This document shows positions 27,190 through 35,853 of a stretch of 64,000 nucleotides of DNA, piece after piece. Made by a program: the position numbers and the translations under genes. Numbering within the stretch: position 1 is the stretch's first letter; each line of letters starts with the position of its first letter. The DNA is from Candidatus Beckwithbacteria bacterium GW2011_GWC1_49_16. Its GTDB lineage: Bacteria > Patescibacteriota > Microgenomatia > UBA1400 > CG1-02-47-37. The stretch spans positions 948,891-1,012,890 of the forward strand of contig CP011210.1 in assembly GCA_001029675.1 (NCBI GenBank), read 5' to 3'. Below the pieces are notes generated by a model, which was given only the letters and a program-made list of their open reading frames with translations, was not told the DNA's origin and made no database searches.

Positions 27190-28701
27190 ATGCTTAAACG
27201 CGTCTGGCGCTGGGTGAAGAAAAACGAGGCTTTGGCCTGGTTAGTGGTTTTCTCGGTGGTGTTGCGGATTACCTCCTGGTTTGAGCCTTACTGGTACGGC
27301 GACGAGGGTATTTATTTAGTTTTAGGCCAGGCTTTGCGGCGCGGGCTGGTGTTTTACCGCGACATCCACGACAACAAGCCGCCTTTACTTTACCTTTTGG
27401 CGGCCGTCGCCGGGGGCGTCACCTGGTTTAGGGTGATACTGACCGTCTGGTTTGGGGCGACAGTGGTGGTATTTTACCGGTTGATGGAAAAGCTTTTTCC
27501 CAAAAACAAGTTAGCCTGGTATTTGTCGACCATAACCATGATTTTGGGGACGACGGCCACCGAGGGCAACATTGCCAACGCGGAGATATTTATGATCGGG
27601 CCGATTATGCTCGCCATGCTAATGGCCTTGCGGCAAACTCCCGCCTCCGCCAAGGCTTCGGCGGGCAAGCGAAACTGGCTCTTGGTGGGACTTTTGATGG
27701 CGGTGGCGTTTTTATTTAAAGCGCCGGCGGGGGCTGATTTGGCGGCACTGCTCATTTGGTTGGTAGCCTTTACCCGACTGGGTAAAAAAGCTTGGCTCAA
27801 AGCCGCGCTGATCTTGGTAGGATTTTTACTGCCGCTGGCGGCCACCTTGGTTTACTACGCTCAAGTGGGAGGACTGGAGCGTTACGTGCGGTCGGCGCTG
27901 CTTCAGAACATCGGCTATCTTTCATCCTGGCAGACCGGAGAACACTCGGCTTCGGGGTTTTCCTCTCAATCGGGGCTAATGCTTCGGAGCGGGGCCTTGG
28001 CAGTTTTGATCGGGGGATTTTTTTGGCTTAAAAAACGATTTAAGCTGGAAACCAAGTTGAGCCTGATGGTGGTGTGGTTTTTTGCGGCCTTGTGGGCGGC
28101 GTTACTCTCCGAAAGGCCGTATCCTCATTATCTTATCCAGCCGCTAGTGCCGGCGGCAGTGCTGGTGAGCTTTTTGCTTTTTGGCAAAAGAAAGTTGGTG
28201 CGGTTGGTGGTGGTGACGGCGGCTTTGGTGGCAGCGGTAAGCTTCTATCAAATTCGCTTTTGGCAGTATCCGGTGGCGGCTTACTACCAAAATTTTATTG
28301 GGTATGCCTTAGGGCAAAAAAGCCGGGAGGCTTACTTTGACTTTTTTGACTGGCGGGTGAACCAGACTTATCGGGTAGCAGAGTTGGTTAAGAAATATAC
28401 CACGAGCGACGAGCCGATTTTTGTCTGGGGCGACGAGCCGTATATTTATGCGCTTTCCGAAAGGCTGCCGGTAGGCCGCTATACGGTCGCCTACCACATC
28501 TATGATTTTGACGGCTTTGAGGAGACGCTTACCGCCTTGGACGAGAAACGGCCGAGCCTGGTGGTGATGATGGAGTATGAGACACGGCCGTTTGAGGGGT
28601 TAACCGCGAGGCTGGCTACAGATTATGTCTTGGTAGACAAAGTCGACCAGGCCCTGATCTACATGCGGGTTGACGGGGTCACCCGTTCGCCAGGCTTATA
28701 A
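27190..28701 (+). CDS. ArnT/PMT-like GT-C glycosyltransferase
   Basis: DEGIY, D.KPPL, NAE, YPHY, multiple TMs. Confidence 0.78.
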   Translation: MLKRVWRWVKKNEALAWLVVFSVVLRITSWFEPYWYGDEGIYLVLGQALRRGLVFYRDIHDNKPPLLYLLAAVAGGVTWFRVILTVWFGATVVVFYRLMEKLFPKNKLAWYLSTITMILGTTATEGNIANAEIFMIGPIMLAMLMALRQTPASAKASAGKRNWLLVGLLMAVAFLFKAPAGADLAALLIWLVAFTRLGKKAWLKAALILVGFLLPLAATLVYYAQVGGLERYVRSALLQNIGYLSSWQTGEHSASGFSSQSGLMLRSGALAVLIGGFFWLKKRFKLETKLSLMVVWFFAALWAALLSERPYPHYLIQPLVPAAVLVSFLLFGKRKLVRLVVVTAALVAAVSFYQIRFWQYPVAAYYQNFIGYALGQKSREAYFDFFDWRVNQTYRVAELVKKYTTSDEPIFVWGDEPYIYALSERLPVGRYTVAYHIYDFDGFEETLTALDEKRPSLVVMMEYETRPFEGLTARLATDYVLVDKVDQALIYMRVDGVTRSPGL

Positions 28702-28703
28702 AT

Positions 28704-29114
28704 ATGAAAAAGCCACGGCAGATGAGTTTTTTCTCTAACACCGGCGCGGGTTTTGGTGAGGTAAAACTTCAGATCGATACTCTCGCGGCCGACCCGGCGG
28801 CAAAAATTGGCCTAAGGATCGCCTTTTTGGCCTTAGGGGTGGAATTTTTGGTCTTGGCTTTGTCTTGGAGCCGGCTGCCTCCCGAAGTGCCGCTGTGGTA
28901 CAGCCGGCCTTACGGGGAAAGCCAACTGACGGGGGCGTGGTGGCTATGGTTGCTTCCAGGGGTGGGTTTGTTTATAAACTTGGTGTCGATCAGATGGGCG
29001 GGGGTGGTGGTGGCAACAGAAAAACTCTTGGCCCAAATCTTGGTGTGGGTGGGGGCGATGACGGCGGTAATGGGGTTGGCGGCAGTGAGCAAAATTGTGG
29101 CCTTGATGTTATGA
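28704..29114 (+). CDS. DUF1648-like membrane protein
   Basis: LPPEVPLWYS.P.G motif between TMs. Confidence 0.6.
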   Translation: MKKPRQMSFFSNTGAGFGEVKLQIDTLAADPAAKIGLRIAFLALGVEFLVLALSWSRLPPEVPLWYSRPYGESQLTGAWWLWLLPGVGLFINLVSIRWAGVVVATEKLLAQILVWVGAMTAVMGLAAVSKIVALML

Positions 29115-30205
29115 ACTTGGTTTATTTAATTAAAGTGACCGGGTTAGCGGCGATACTTTCCGCCATAATTACTCCGATAATAATCAGGCTGTATCGGCGT
29201 CTCAATTGGCTCGATGATCCTAAAAAGGCGACTCACCCTAAAGTGATTCACGCTTACCCGGTCCCCCGCGGGGGCGGAGTGGCGATATTTTTGGCGATAG
29301 CGGTTTCAAGCTTGACCTTTTTACCGGTAGACAAGCACCTTTTGGGCATTCTTTTGGGGGCAGGGGTTTTAGCCGTGGTGGGATTGGCGGACGATGTCAA
29401 AAATGTTAATCCTTATTGGCGGCTTTTATGGGGAGTTTTGGCGGCGGGGCTGGTGGTGGGAGCGGGCATCGGCATTCCCTATATTTCCAACCCCTTCCGC
29501 GCCAACGCGGTGATTTTGCTGTCTAGCCCGCAAATCCCGATTTACCTTTTAGGGAAACTCCGGACCATCTGGATTTGGGCGGACGTGTTTGCGCTTATTT
29601 GGATCGTGGGAGTGATGAACTTTGTCAACTGGTCAAAGGGGCTTGACGGGCAGCTGCCGGGGATCGTGGTGGTAGCGGCGACGGTAATTGGGGTTTTAAG
29701 CTTAAGGTTTGTCGACGACGTCACCCAGTGGCCGGTAATTGTTCTGGCGTTTATTTTAGCCGGGGCTTACCTGGGTTTTTTGCCTTGGAATTTTTATCCG
29801 CAAAAAATCATGCCCGGTTATGGCGGCGGGGCTTTGGCGGGTTATTTTTTGGCGGTGTTGGCGATTCTGTCTGGAGCCAAGGTAGCTACAGCCATTCTGG
29901 TTTTGGGGGTGCCCTTGATGGACGCAGTTTACACTGTGGTTAGAAGGGTGGCTGCCGGCCGCTCTCCGGTTTGGGGAGACAGGGGACATCTGCATCATAA
30001 ACTCATGGATTTGGGTTGGGGGAAAAGGCGGGTAGCGCTGTTTTACTGGCTGGTGACGGCAATATTGGGGCTTTCGGCTTTGCGATTGAATAGCACAGCC
30101 AAGGCCTATACAATGGTGCTATTGGCAGTGGTTTTAGGAGGATTTTTATTATGGCTGAATACGGCTACTTACTTCTTAAAGAAGCCCGGCCGCGACAGTG
30201 GCTGA
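29111..30205 (+). CDS. Polyprenyl-phosphate HexNAc-1-phosphate transferase (WecA/TagO, MraY-like family)
   Basis: H..PVPRGGG, GLADD, N.VNW.KGLDG, NFYP.KI, DRGHLHH. Start trimmed to ATG 29111. Confidence 0.87.
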   Translation: MNLVYLIKVTGLAAILSAIITPIIIRLYRRLNWLDDPKKATHPKVIHAYPVPRGGGVAIFLAIAVSSLTFLPVDKHLLGILLGAGVLAVVGLADDVKNVNPYWRLLWGVLAAGLVVGAGIGIPYISNPFRANAVILLSSPQIPIYLLGKLRTIWIWADVFALIWIVGVMNFVNWSKGLDGQLPGIVVVAATVIGVLSLRFVDDVTQWPVIVLAFILAGAYLGFLPWNFYPQKIMPGYGGGALAGYFLAVLAILSGAKVATAILVLGVPLMDAVYTVVRRVAAGRSPVWGDRGHLHHKLMDLGWGKRRVALFYWLVTAILGLSALRLNSTAKAYTMVLLAVVLGGFLLWLNTATYFLKKPGRDSG

Positions 30206-31077
30206 AAAACCTGGCGCTTTATACCGGGCTGGTGTTTTCCGGCTGGCTGTTTATAGCGGAAAAGTTTTGGACGGTGACGGCGGCTTTTTTGATTTTTTCC
30301 TTGATGACGGGCTCTGTCTACATCCTGAACGACATTATCGATTTGGAGTCGGACAGAAAACATCCGTTTAAGAAAAAGCGCCCCGTCGCTTCCGGCAAGC
30401 TGCCGATGCCGGTGGCGCTGTTTTTTAGCCTGATGGGGTTGGTGGCTGCTTTCTATCTTGGCTGGAGTCTGTCTTTTTTTCTGTTTTTAGGACTGCTGGC
30501 CTACCTGACTTTACAGCTGGTTTACAGCGGCTGGTTGAAACATATACCGATCATGGACGTGATGCTCATCTCCGCCGGTTTTATCGTCAGGGTGTATACC
30601 GGGGCGGCGATGATCGGGGCGCATATCAACGTTTGGCTGCTACTTTGCATCATTTCTTTTTCGCTGTTTCTGGCTATTGGCAAAAGAAGAAGCGAGCTGA
30701 CACTTTTACAAGGCCAAACTGCCAGCCGCAGGGTTTTGGGCCGCTACCCGGAAAAGTTACTCGACGTTTATACGGCCATGTTTGCCAATACTACCTGGGT
30801 GACTTACGCGCTTTTCACCTTCATGTTCCCGCCGTTTGCTTTTCGGGGGCGGGTGTTGACTTTACTGGCTGATCTGCCCCGGACCTTTAGGTCAGAAAAG
30901 TGGCTGATGGTGACGATTCCTGTGGTCATCTACGGGGTGATGCGCTACCTCCATTTAATTTACGAGAAAAACCAAGGCGAGTCGCCAGAGCGGATTTTGA
31001 CTGACGACCGGCCGATGCTGATCACTGTCGCTCTCTGGGGTTTAATGGTGGTGGGGATTTTGTACGGCCTGGGGTAA
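30151..31077 (+). CDS. Decaprenyl-phosphate phosphoribosyltransferase (UbiA family)
   Basis: RPRQWLKN, YILND..D...DR.HP.K..RP.ASG, LAIGKRRSE. Confidence 0.88.
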   Translation: MAEYGYLLLKEARPRQWLKNLALYTGLVFSGWLFIAEKFWTVTAAFLIFSLMTGSVYILNDIIDLESDRKHPFKKKRPVASGKLPMPVALFFSLMGLVAAFYLGWSLSFFLFLGLLAYLTLQLVYSGWLKHIPIMDVMLISAGFIVRVYTGAAMIGAHINVWLLLCIISFSLFLAIGKRRSELTLLQGQTASRRVLGRYPEKLLDVYTAMFANTTWVTYALFTFMFPPFAFRGRVLTLLADLPRTFRSEKWLMVTIPVVIYGVMRYLHLIYEKNQGESPERILTDDRPMLITVALWGLMVVGILYGLG

Positions 31078-31079
31078 AT

Positions 31080-32006
31080 TTACTCGTACTTCTCGGCGTA
31101 TTTGCCGGTAATCCAGCAGCTCTTACCCGATTCATACTCGACTTGATACCAGCCGGACTGCTCATCCAATAAAGGAAATTTGTCACCGTGGTCTAAAGCG
31201 GCGACGATGGTCTCGTCCCCGCCGCCGGTAGACGGTTCGCTCCTGCAGTTGACGTAACCGTCGGCTTCGTTATCAATGACCACGTAAGGTAAATCCGGAT
31301 CGCCAGCGCCTGAAGTAGGTGAGGCTTTGGGAGAGGCAGTGGTTTTAGGGCTGGGGCTGGCTTTGGGGCTGGGTGAGGGTGAGACTTGGGCAGAGGGAGT
31401 AGCTTCCTGGTCGTCCTCGGCGCCGGAAACGGTATCTCCCTCCCGAGCCAGCTGAACTGAGGCAATCAGTTTGTAACCCTTGACGGTTTTGGCTTTGATG
31501 CTTCTTTCCCGGTAACCGGGGGAAGAAACGACCAAGACGTGGTCGCCTTCGGAAACAGAATCGATAGACAAGGGGGCAAAGCCTCTGGGTTCGCCGTCGA
31601 GGTTGACCACGGCTCCGTCGGGGGTGGTAACGACGGCGATCGAGGTAGCGTTTTTGTCAGCTAAGGCTTCAAAAGACAAAATTTCGCCGCTTGATTCTTC
31701 CTCGGTTAGGCCCAGTTCGCGCTTGACGACGGTCAGAATGCCAGGGGTGAGGTTAACCCGACCCTCCCAGACGGTTAAGGCCTGACCAGAGGACTCGGGG
31801 ACGATTTTCAAGACGTATTCGCCGGGCTTTAGTTTTTCGTTGTAGTAAGGAGTTTGACCTAAATGCTCGCCATCAAGAAAGACGGTGGCTTTAGGGGAGG
31901 CTTCGACGGAAAGGGCGGCTTTTTTACGGGAAGATAACAAACTTCTCACCCCAAAAATGGCTCCGCCGATGAGCAGGATGATTAAAACCCAGGCAAAGCG
32001 TTTCAT
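31080..32006 (-). CDS. PEGA-domain protein with C-terminal SH3b-like domain
   Basis: Two PEGA-like repeats (P.A.VFLDG...G.TP; PDGA.V.LDG), SP linker, 'VNCRSEP...GWYQV...WI'. Confidence 0.8.
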   Translation of the reverse strand: MKRFAWVLIILLIGGAIFGVRSLLSSRKKAALSVEASPKATVFLDGEHLGQTPYYNEKLKPGEYVLKIVPESSGQALTVWEGRVNLTPGILTVVKRELGLTEEESSGEILSFEALADKNATSIAVVTTPDGAVVNLDGEPRGFAPLSIDSVSEGDHVLVVSSPGYRERSIKAKTVKGYKLIASVQLAREGDTVSGAEDDQEATPSAQVSPSPSPKASPSPKTTASPKASPTSGAGDPDLPYVVIDNEADGYVNCRSEPSTGGGDETIVAALDHGDKFPLLDEQSGWYQVEYESGKSCWITGKYAEKYE

Positions 32007-32047
32007 CAGAGGAGATTGTAGCAAAAAATGGTATAATTATCAAACTA

Positions 32048-32119
32048 GGCCTAGTGGCGAAGAGGTAACGCGGCTGTCTGCAAAACAGCCATACGTCGGT
32101 TCGATTCCGACCTAGGCCT
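32048..32119 (+). tRNA. tRNA-Cys (GCA), CCA not encoded
   Basis: Acceptor stem GGCCTAG/CTAGGCC, anticodon arm GCTGT-CTGCAAA-ACAGC, T arm GTCGG-TTCGATT-CCGAC. Confidence 0.95.
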
Positions 32120-32159
32120 CTAACTTGACAAAGGCTCTTTTTGTGGTAATATACCTTTC

Positions 32160-32185
32160 TCCTCCCGAAAATGGGAGGATTTTTT
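32160..32185 (+). terminator. Intrinsic terminator-like hairpin
   Basis: TCCTCCC-GAAAAT-GGGAGGA followed by TTTTTT. Confidence 0.65.
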
Positions 32186-32207
32186 GTTTGGGCCGCATGG
32201 CCCGATC

Positions 32208-32960
32208 ATGAAACGAAAAGAATTTTCGCTTGTAGTTTCGACACTATCGCTAGGTAAGGCAACCACGAGACTTACGGTCAACCTCATCAAGTTTATGGGT
32301 TGGTCGTTGGTGTGGGGAGTTACCATGCTTCCCTATCAAATCTTCCGGGTGTTTTTACCTAAGCGTGGCCCGGGCAGACCCGGAAGCCACCCGATCTCGA
32401 AGTTTTTCCGCAGTGCCTTTGAGAGTAAAAGGGCCCGAAAATTTGTTGGGGCCGGCTTGGCCATGGTCTTGATGCTATCTAACCTGGTGGGTAATATCCT
32501 GGCGGTAGAAGGGACACAGGCGGTTGACCCGACCCTGATTTCTACCCCGGAAACCCAGGTAGTGACCCAAACCACTCTAGAGACGCCTTTAGAGGGGGTG
32601 GTCGCCCAGGGCTTTAACGGGCTCCATAGAGGAGTAGATGTCTTGGCGCCGATAGGCACGCCGATTGAACCGGTAGCCGACGGGGTGGTGAAGGAAGCCA
32701 GCTTTGGCAGATTGGGTTGGGGCAATACCATCGTGGTCGAGCACGAGGGTGGTTTGGCTTCGCGTTATGCCCACTTGAGCCAAATCAAGGTGGTGGCGGG
32801 AGAAAAAGTCAGCAAAGACCAAGTGATCGGTACCGTGGGAATGACCGGGTGGACTACTGGCCCCCACCTTCACTTAGAAATGTACCAAAACGGCCGGGCG
32901 ATTAATCCGCTTACTGTACTGCCGACGTTTCAAAGCCAGCTTCTGGCTCTGGGGCAGTAA
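32208..32960 (+). CDS. M23-family peptidoglycan endopeptidase
   Basis: HRGVD, YAHL, GMTGWTTGPHLH; start uncertain. Confidence 0.88.
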   Translation: MKRKEFSLVVSTLSLGKATTRLTVNLIKFMGWSLVWGVTMLPYQIFRVFLPKRGPGRPGSHPISKFFRSAFESKRARKFVGAGLAMVLMLSNLVGNILAVEGTQAVDPTLISTPETQVVTQTTLETPLEGVVAQGFNGLHRGVDVLAPIGTPIEPVADGVVKEASFGRLGWGNTIVVEHEGGLASRYAHLSQIKVVAGEKVSKDQVIGTVGMTGWTTGPHLHLEMYQNGRAINPLTVLPTFQSQLLALGQ

Positions 32961-33102
32961 AGTTGATTTCTTCAATTTGGCCGGCTTGCTCGCGGTTGGC
33001 GGAAAAAAGAGATATTCCCAAGATAGCTAGGGCCAGTAAAAACAAGATGGCGGTGGCCAAGGCGCTTAAAATGATTTGGTGCAGGCGGGAGAGTTTAAGC
33101 AT
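32911..33102 (-). CDS. Small membrane protein
   Basis: One TM; overlaps the TIM-like stop and the M23 3' end. Confidence 0.35.
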   Translation of the reverse strand: MLKLSRLHQIILSALATAILFLLALAILGISLFSANREQAGQIEEINFTAPEPEAGFETSAVQ

Positions 33103-33889
33103 TCTTTCTTAAGAGTAGACCAAGTTGGTAGATATCGGTGTGGGGCGGAGACAAGTAAATAGTAAAGCTATTATCAAGTTTTCTCAAAGCTTTTAAATAG
33201 TCAAAGTAGCTGTTGGCAAGTTGATAGGCTTTAAAATTGGCATGCAGTACCTTGGGCTTCTTCCCTTTAACCTGGCTCATGGCTCGCGCTATGTCCATGG
33301 TTTTTTTGACCGAGTTACAGGCTGAACCAAGAATTAACCCAGAGACATCATCGTCCTTAAGAATTTCCTCCGTCCTCTCTGGCGTAGAGCGACCGCCATA
33401 AATTATTGGGGTCTCAACGGGAATCTGCCTTTTTATGGCCTTAGCGCAGGCGGAAATAAGCTTGGATGCGGGCGGAGGCATATCGTCACGTCCGCTCCCG
33501 CGAGACCCCCACTTGGGCTCATAACCAATCACTAAACCCTCAAGTGAACTCTCCGGAATATCTTTAAAAATTTGAGCTGTCTTTTGACCAACGGTTAGAG
33601 CAACTTCGGTTTCAGCTTTATCCGCAAACTCCTCCCAGGATTCACCTAACAAAACCGTAGTTTTTGATAAAAATTCTAGGCCGAGCTGCTTCTGCTTAGC
33701 CTCAAGGTAAATGAGTTTTTGGCGAATTATCTGAGGATTATCACCAACTTCAGAATGGCCGATGATTACACCTTGGGCCCCGGCGGAAGCTATTTGTTCT
33801 AAACTAACGTCACCCGTGCGAGCATAAGGGTCCAAATTATCCCCCTCATAGATATCAAAGTTTTGAGCAGAAAGAATAAATTTTGCCAT
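33095..33889 (-). CDS. Triosephosphate isomerase-like protein, circularly permuted
   Basis: SAQN, TGDVS, IIGHSE, YEP.W, IYGG in order, with the ANFK and SPP.T elements at the C-terminus. Confidence 0.8.
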   Translation of the reverse strand: MAKFILSAQNFDIYEGDNLDPYARTGDVSLEQIASAGAQGVIIGHSEVGDNPQIIRQKLIYLEAKQKQLGLEFLSKTTVLLGESWEEFADKAETEVALTVGQKTAQIFKDIPESSLEGLVIGYEPKWGSRGSGRDDMPPPASKLISACAKAIKRQIPVETPIIYGGRSTPERTEEILKDDDVSGLILGSACNSVKKTMDIARAMSQVKGKKPKVLHANFKAYQLANSYFDYLKALRKLDNSFTIYLSPPHTDIYQLGLLLRKNA

Positions 33890-34554
33890 TAGAGCCTGAC
33901 GTCGCCGTAGACGTTGACGGTTCTTAAAAGTTTTTTAAGCTGTTTGGTTTCCTCTTTTAAGATGTTGACCGATTTGTCAACCTTAAACATACCGCCGTGG
34001 CCAGGGACGATGTAGTCGACCAGCTCCCAGATTTTAGCCCGGTTTTTGATGTGGGATTTGGGGCGTTTGCTAAAAGCGATCCATTCGTGGGCTTTTTTCC
34101 AGTCGCCTTGGTATTCGAACAGATCGCCGGTAAAAGCGACCAGGCCTTTTTGGGTTTTAACCAAAACCCCAATGCTTCTGTCGTCGTGGCCGGTCATGCC
34201 GGTGACGGTGACGTTGTCGTCGATTTTGAAGTTTTTATGGAAAAAGGTGGCCAAATCGCCCTGGTAGATGTCAAAGCCGACTACCAGAATAGCTTTGGGG
34301 AAAATGTTGTTGTTTGAGGTGTGGTCGGCGTCGCCGTGGGTGCAAACGACATAATCAATATCTGCTGGCTTGAGGCCGTGTTTGGCAAGGCCTTTGACAA
34401 TCACCTGTTTATCTTTAGGCAGGCCGGTGTCGACGACAATGTTTTTCTCTGATTTGATCAGGGAGATGGTACCGTCGGCTTTTTGGGCTTCGAGCTTTTT
34501 TTGCCAGACGGCGTAGCCGGGCTGAAGTACAAAGACTTGGGCTAGTTTTGCCAT
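33889..34554 (-). CDS. Metallo-beta-lactamase-fold hydrolase (MBLAC1-like)
   Basis: VDTG, THGDADH, GH, GDLF, PGHG. Confidence 0.85.
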   Translation of the reverse strand: MAKLAQVFVLQPGYAVWQKKLEAQKADGTISLIKSEKNIVVDTGLPKDKQVIVKGLAKHGLKPADIDYVVCTHGDADHTSNNNIFPKAILVVGFDIYQGDLATFFHKNFKIDDNVTVTGMTGHDDRSIGVLVKTQKGLVAFTGDLFEYQGDWKKAHEWIAFSKRPKSHIKNRAKIWELVDYIVPGHGGMFKVDKSVNILKEETKQLKKLLRTVNVYGDVRL

Positions 34555-34580
34555 ACGGGGTATTTTACCACTTTTGATGC

Positions 34581-35210
34581 CTAGAGCTTAAACGCCTGGA
34601 TGCTGGTGGCATTTTTGTCAGGATAAGCCCAGGCATTGATAAACTGCTTGAGAGTGCGTTTTTGGTTGGGCCTGGCTGGACGGCCGGGGTCGTGGAAATA
34701 AACGTGTTTATCGTTAATATCAAAAACTAAAACAAAGTGGCCGGAGTAACCTTTTTTGTCGTAGAGGGCATAGTAGTTACAGCTGCAACCTGCCAAATAA
34801 CCCTTTCTAATTAATCTTTTTAGATCTTTAAGGGTGGGGGCTTTTTGGTAAAACTTAAAAGTCTTGGTAAAATGGGCGGCAGCTTTTCTTTCGTAGGTAA
34901 TATCGCTGTTGTCAATTTGGGCCTGACCTACCTTTTTACCGTATTTTTTTATAAGGTATTTCTCTCCCTCTTGGGCAAACTTTAAATAATCAAAATCTTC
35001 ATAATACTCGATGTCAAAACCCATTTTTTTGAGACTGATTAAGCCGTGCATCGGCCAGGTCCAAAGACCCTTCTTTTTGGCCACAATTTTATTTAAGCTT
35101 TTCATGGAAAAGTTTTTGGCAGGAAGAAAGTGTTTTAGCACCATGCGCAGGCAAGCTGGGTAACAGGAGGTGTTGTCTTTGGAGTTGGGGTAGAAAGGAA
35201 TTTGGCTCAT
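34581..35210 (-). CDS. Peptidase C39-like protein
   Basis: C..ACL.MVL, GHFVLV, HDP (Cys-His-Asp triad). Confidence 0.7.
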   Translation of the reverse strand: MSQIPFYPNSKDNTSCYPACLRMVLKHFLPAKNFSMKSLNKIVAKKKGLWTWPMHGLISLKKMGFDIEYYEDFDYLKFAQEGEKYLIKKYGKKVGQAQIDNSDITYERKAAAHFTKTFKFYQKAPTLKDLKRLIRKGYLAGCSCNYYALYDKKGYSGHFVLVFDINDKHVYFHDPGRPARPNQKRTLKQFINAWAYPDKNATSIQAFKL

Positions 35211-35214
35211 AAGC

Positions 35215-35853
35215 TCATTTTTCCGCTTGAATCAGCCCGACATTGAGGCCAAGGTGTTTCCGATTTAATTGTTTAAACCCTGCCTGCCTGACAAAAATAG
35301 GAATTTTGCCTTGGTAGTTATCGCTGGTATGTTCGAGTAAATTCTGGAGCTTAACCAAGGTGGTAAAGACTGGATTTTTTGGCTTGACGAAATCAATTAA
35401 AATCAGTCTGCCCCTTGGCTTTAAAACCCGATAGATTTCTTTTAAGGCGCGTTTTTTGTACTTTGTGGGCAAGTGATGGAGCATCAGGCTGGACCAGACT
35501 AGATCAAAAGAGTTACCTGAAAAAGGCAGTTTTTCTGCCAAAGAAATTTTAAAGTGAATGGCGGCTCCGGCTTTTTGGGATTTTTTTCTAGCAATTTGTA
35601 AAATGCTGGTGTCGGCGTCGAGACCATAGAGCTTTGATTTAGGATAGTGGGCGGCAAGATAAAGCAGGTCATCACCGGTTCCACAGCCGACGTCTAAAAT
35701 CTTGAGTCTGTCAGATAACTTAACATGCTTAAAAACACGCCTGTGGAGCGCTTTTCTTAAACCGAATGGGTTACCTAGATCATAAAAGGGAGTTAAAAAA
35801 TCAAAAAACAAGGGCGGCTTGAATTTGTATGCGGTTTTGGGGCGATGGAACAT
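35215..35853 (-). CDS. Class I SAM-dependent methyltransferase (UbiE-like)
   Basis: LDVGCGTG, AE.LPF...FD, LHH, RVLKP.G. Confidence 0.88.
   Translation of the reverse strand: MFHRPKTAYKFKPPLFFDFLTPFYDLGNPFGLRKALHRRVFKHVKLSDRLKILDVGCGTGDDLLYLAAHYPKSKLYGLDADTSILQIARKKSQKAGAAIHFKISLAEKLPFSGNSFDLVWSSLMLHHLPTKYKKRALKEIYRVLKPRGRLILIDFVKPKNPVFTTLVKLQNLLEHTSDNYQGKIPIFVRQAGFKQLNRKHLGLNVGLIQAEK

Noticed and set aside
32048-35853. Integrated element at tRNA-Cys
   Set aside because: No integrase and no duplicated tRNA 3' end was found; only compositional hints of accessory genes.
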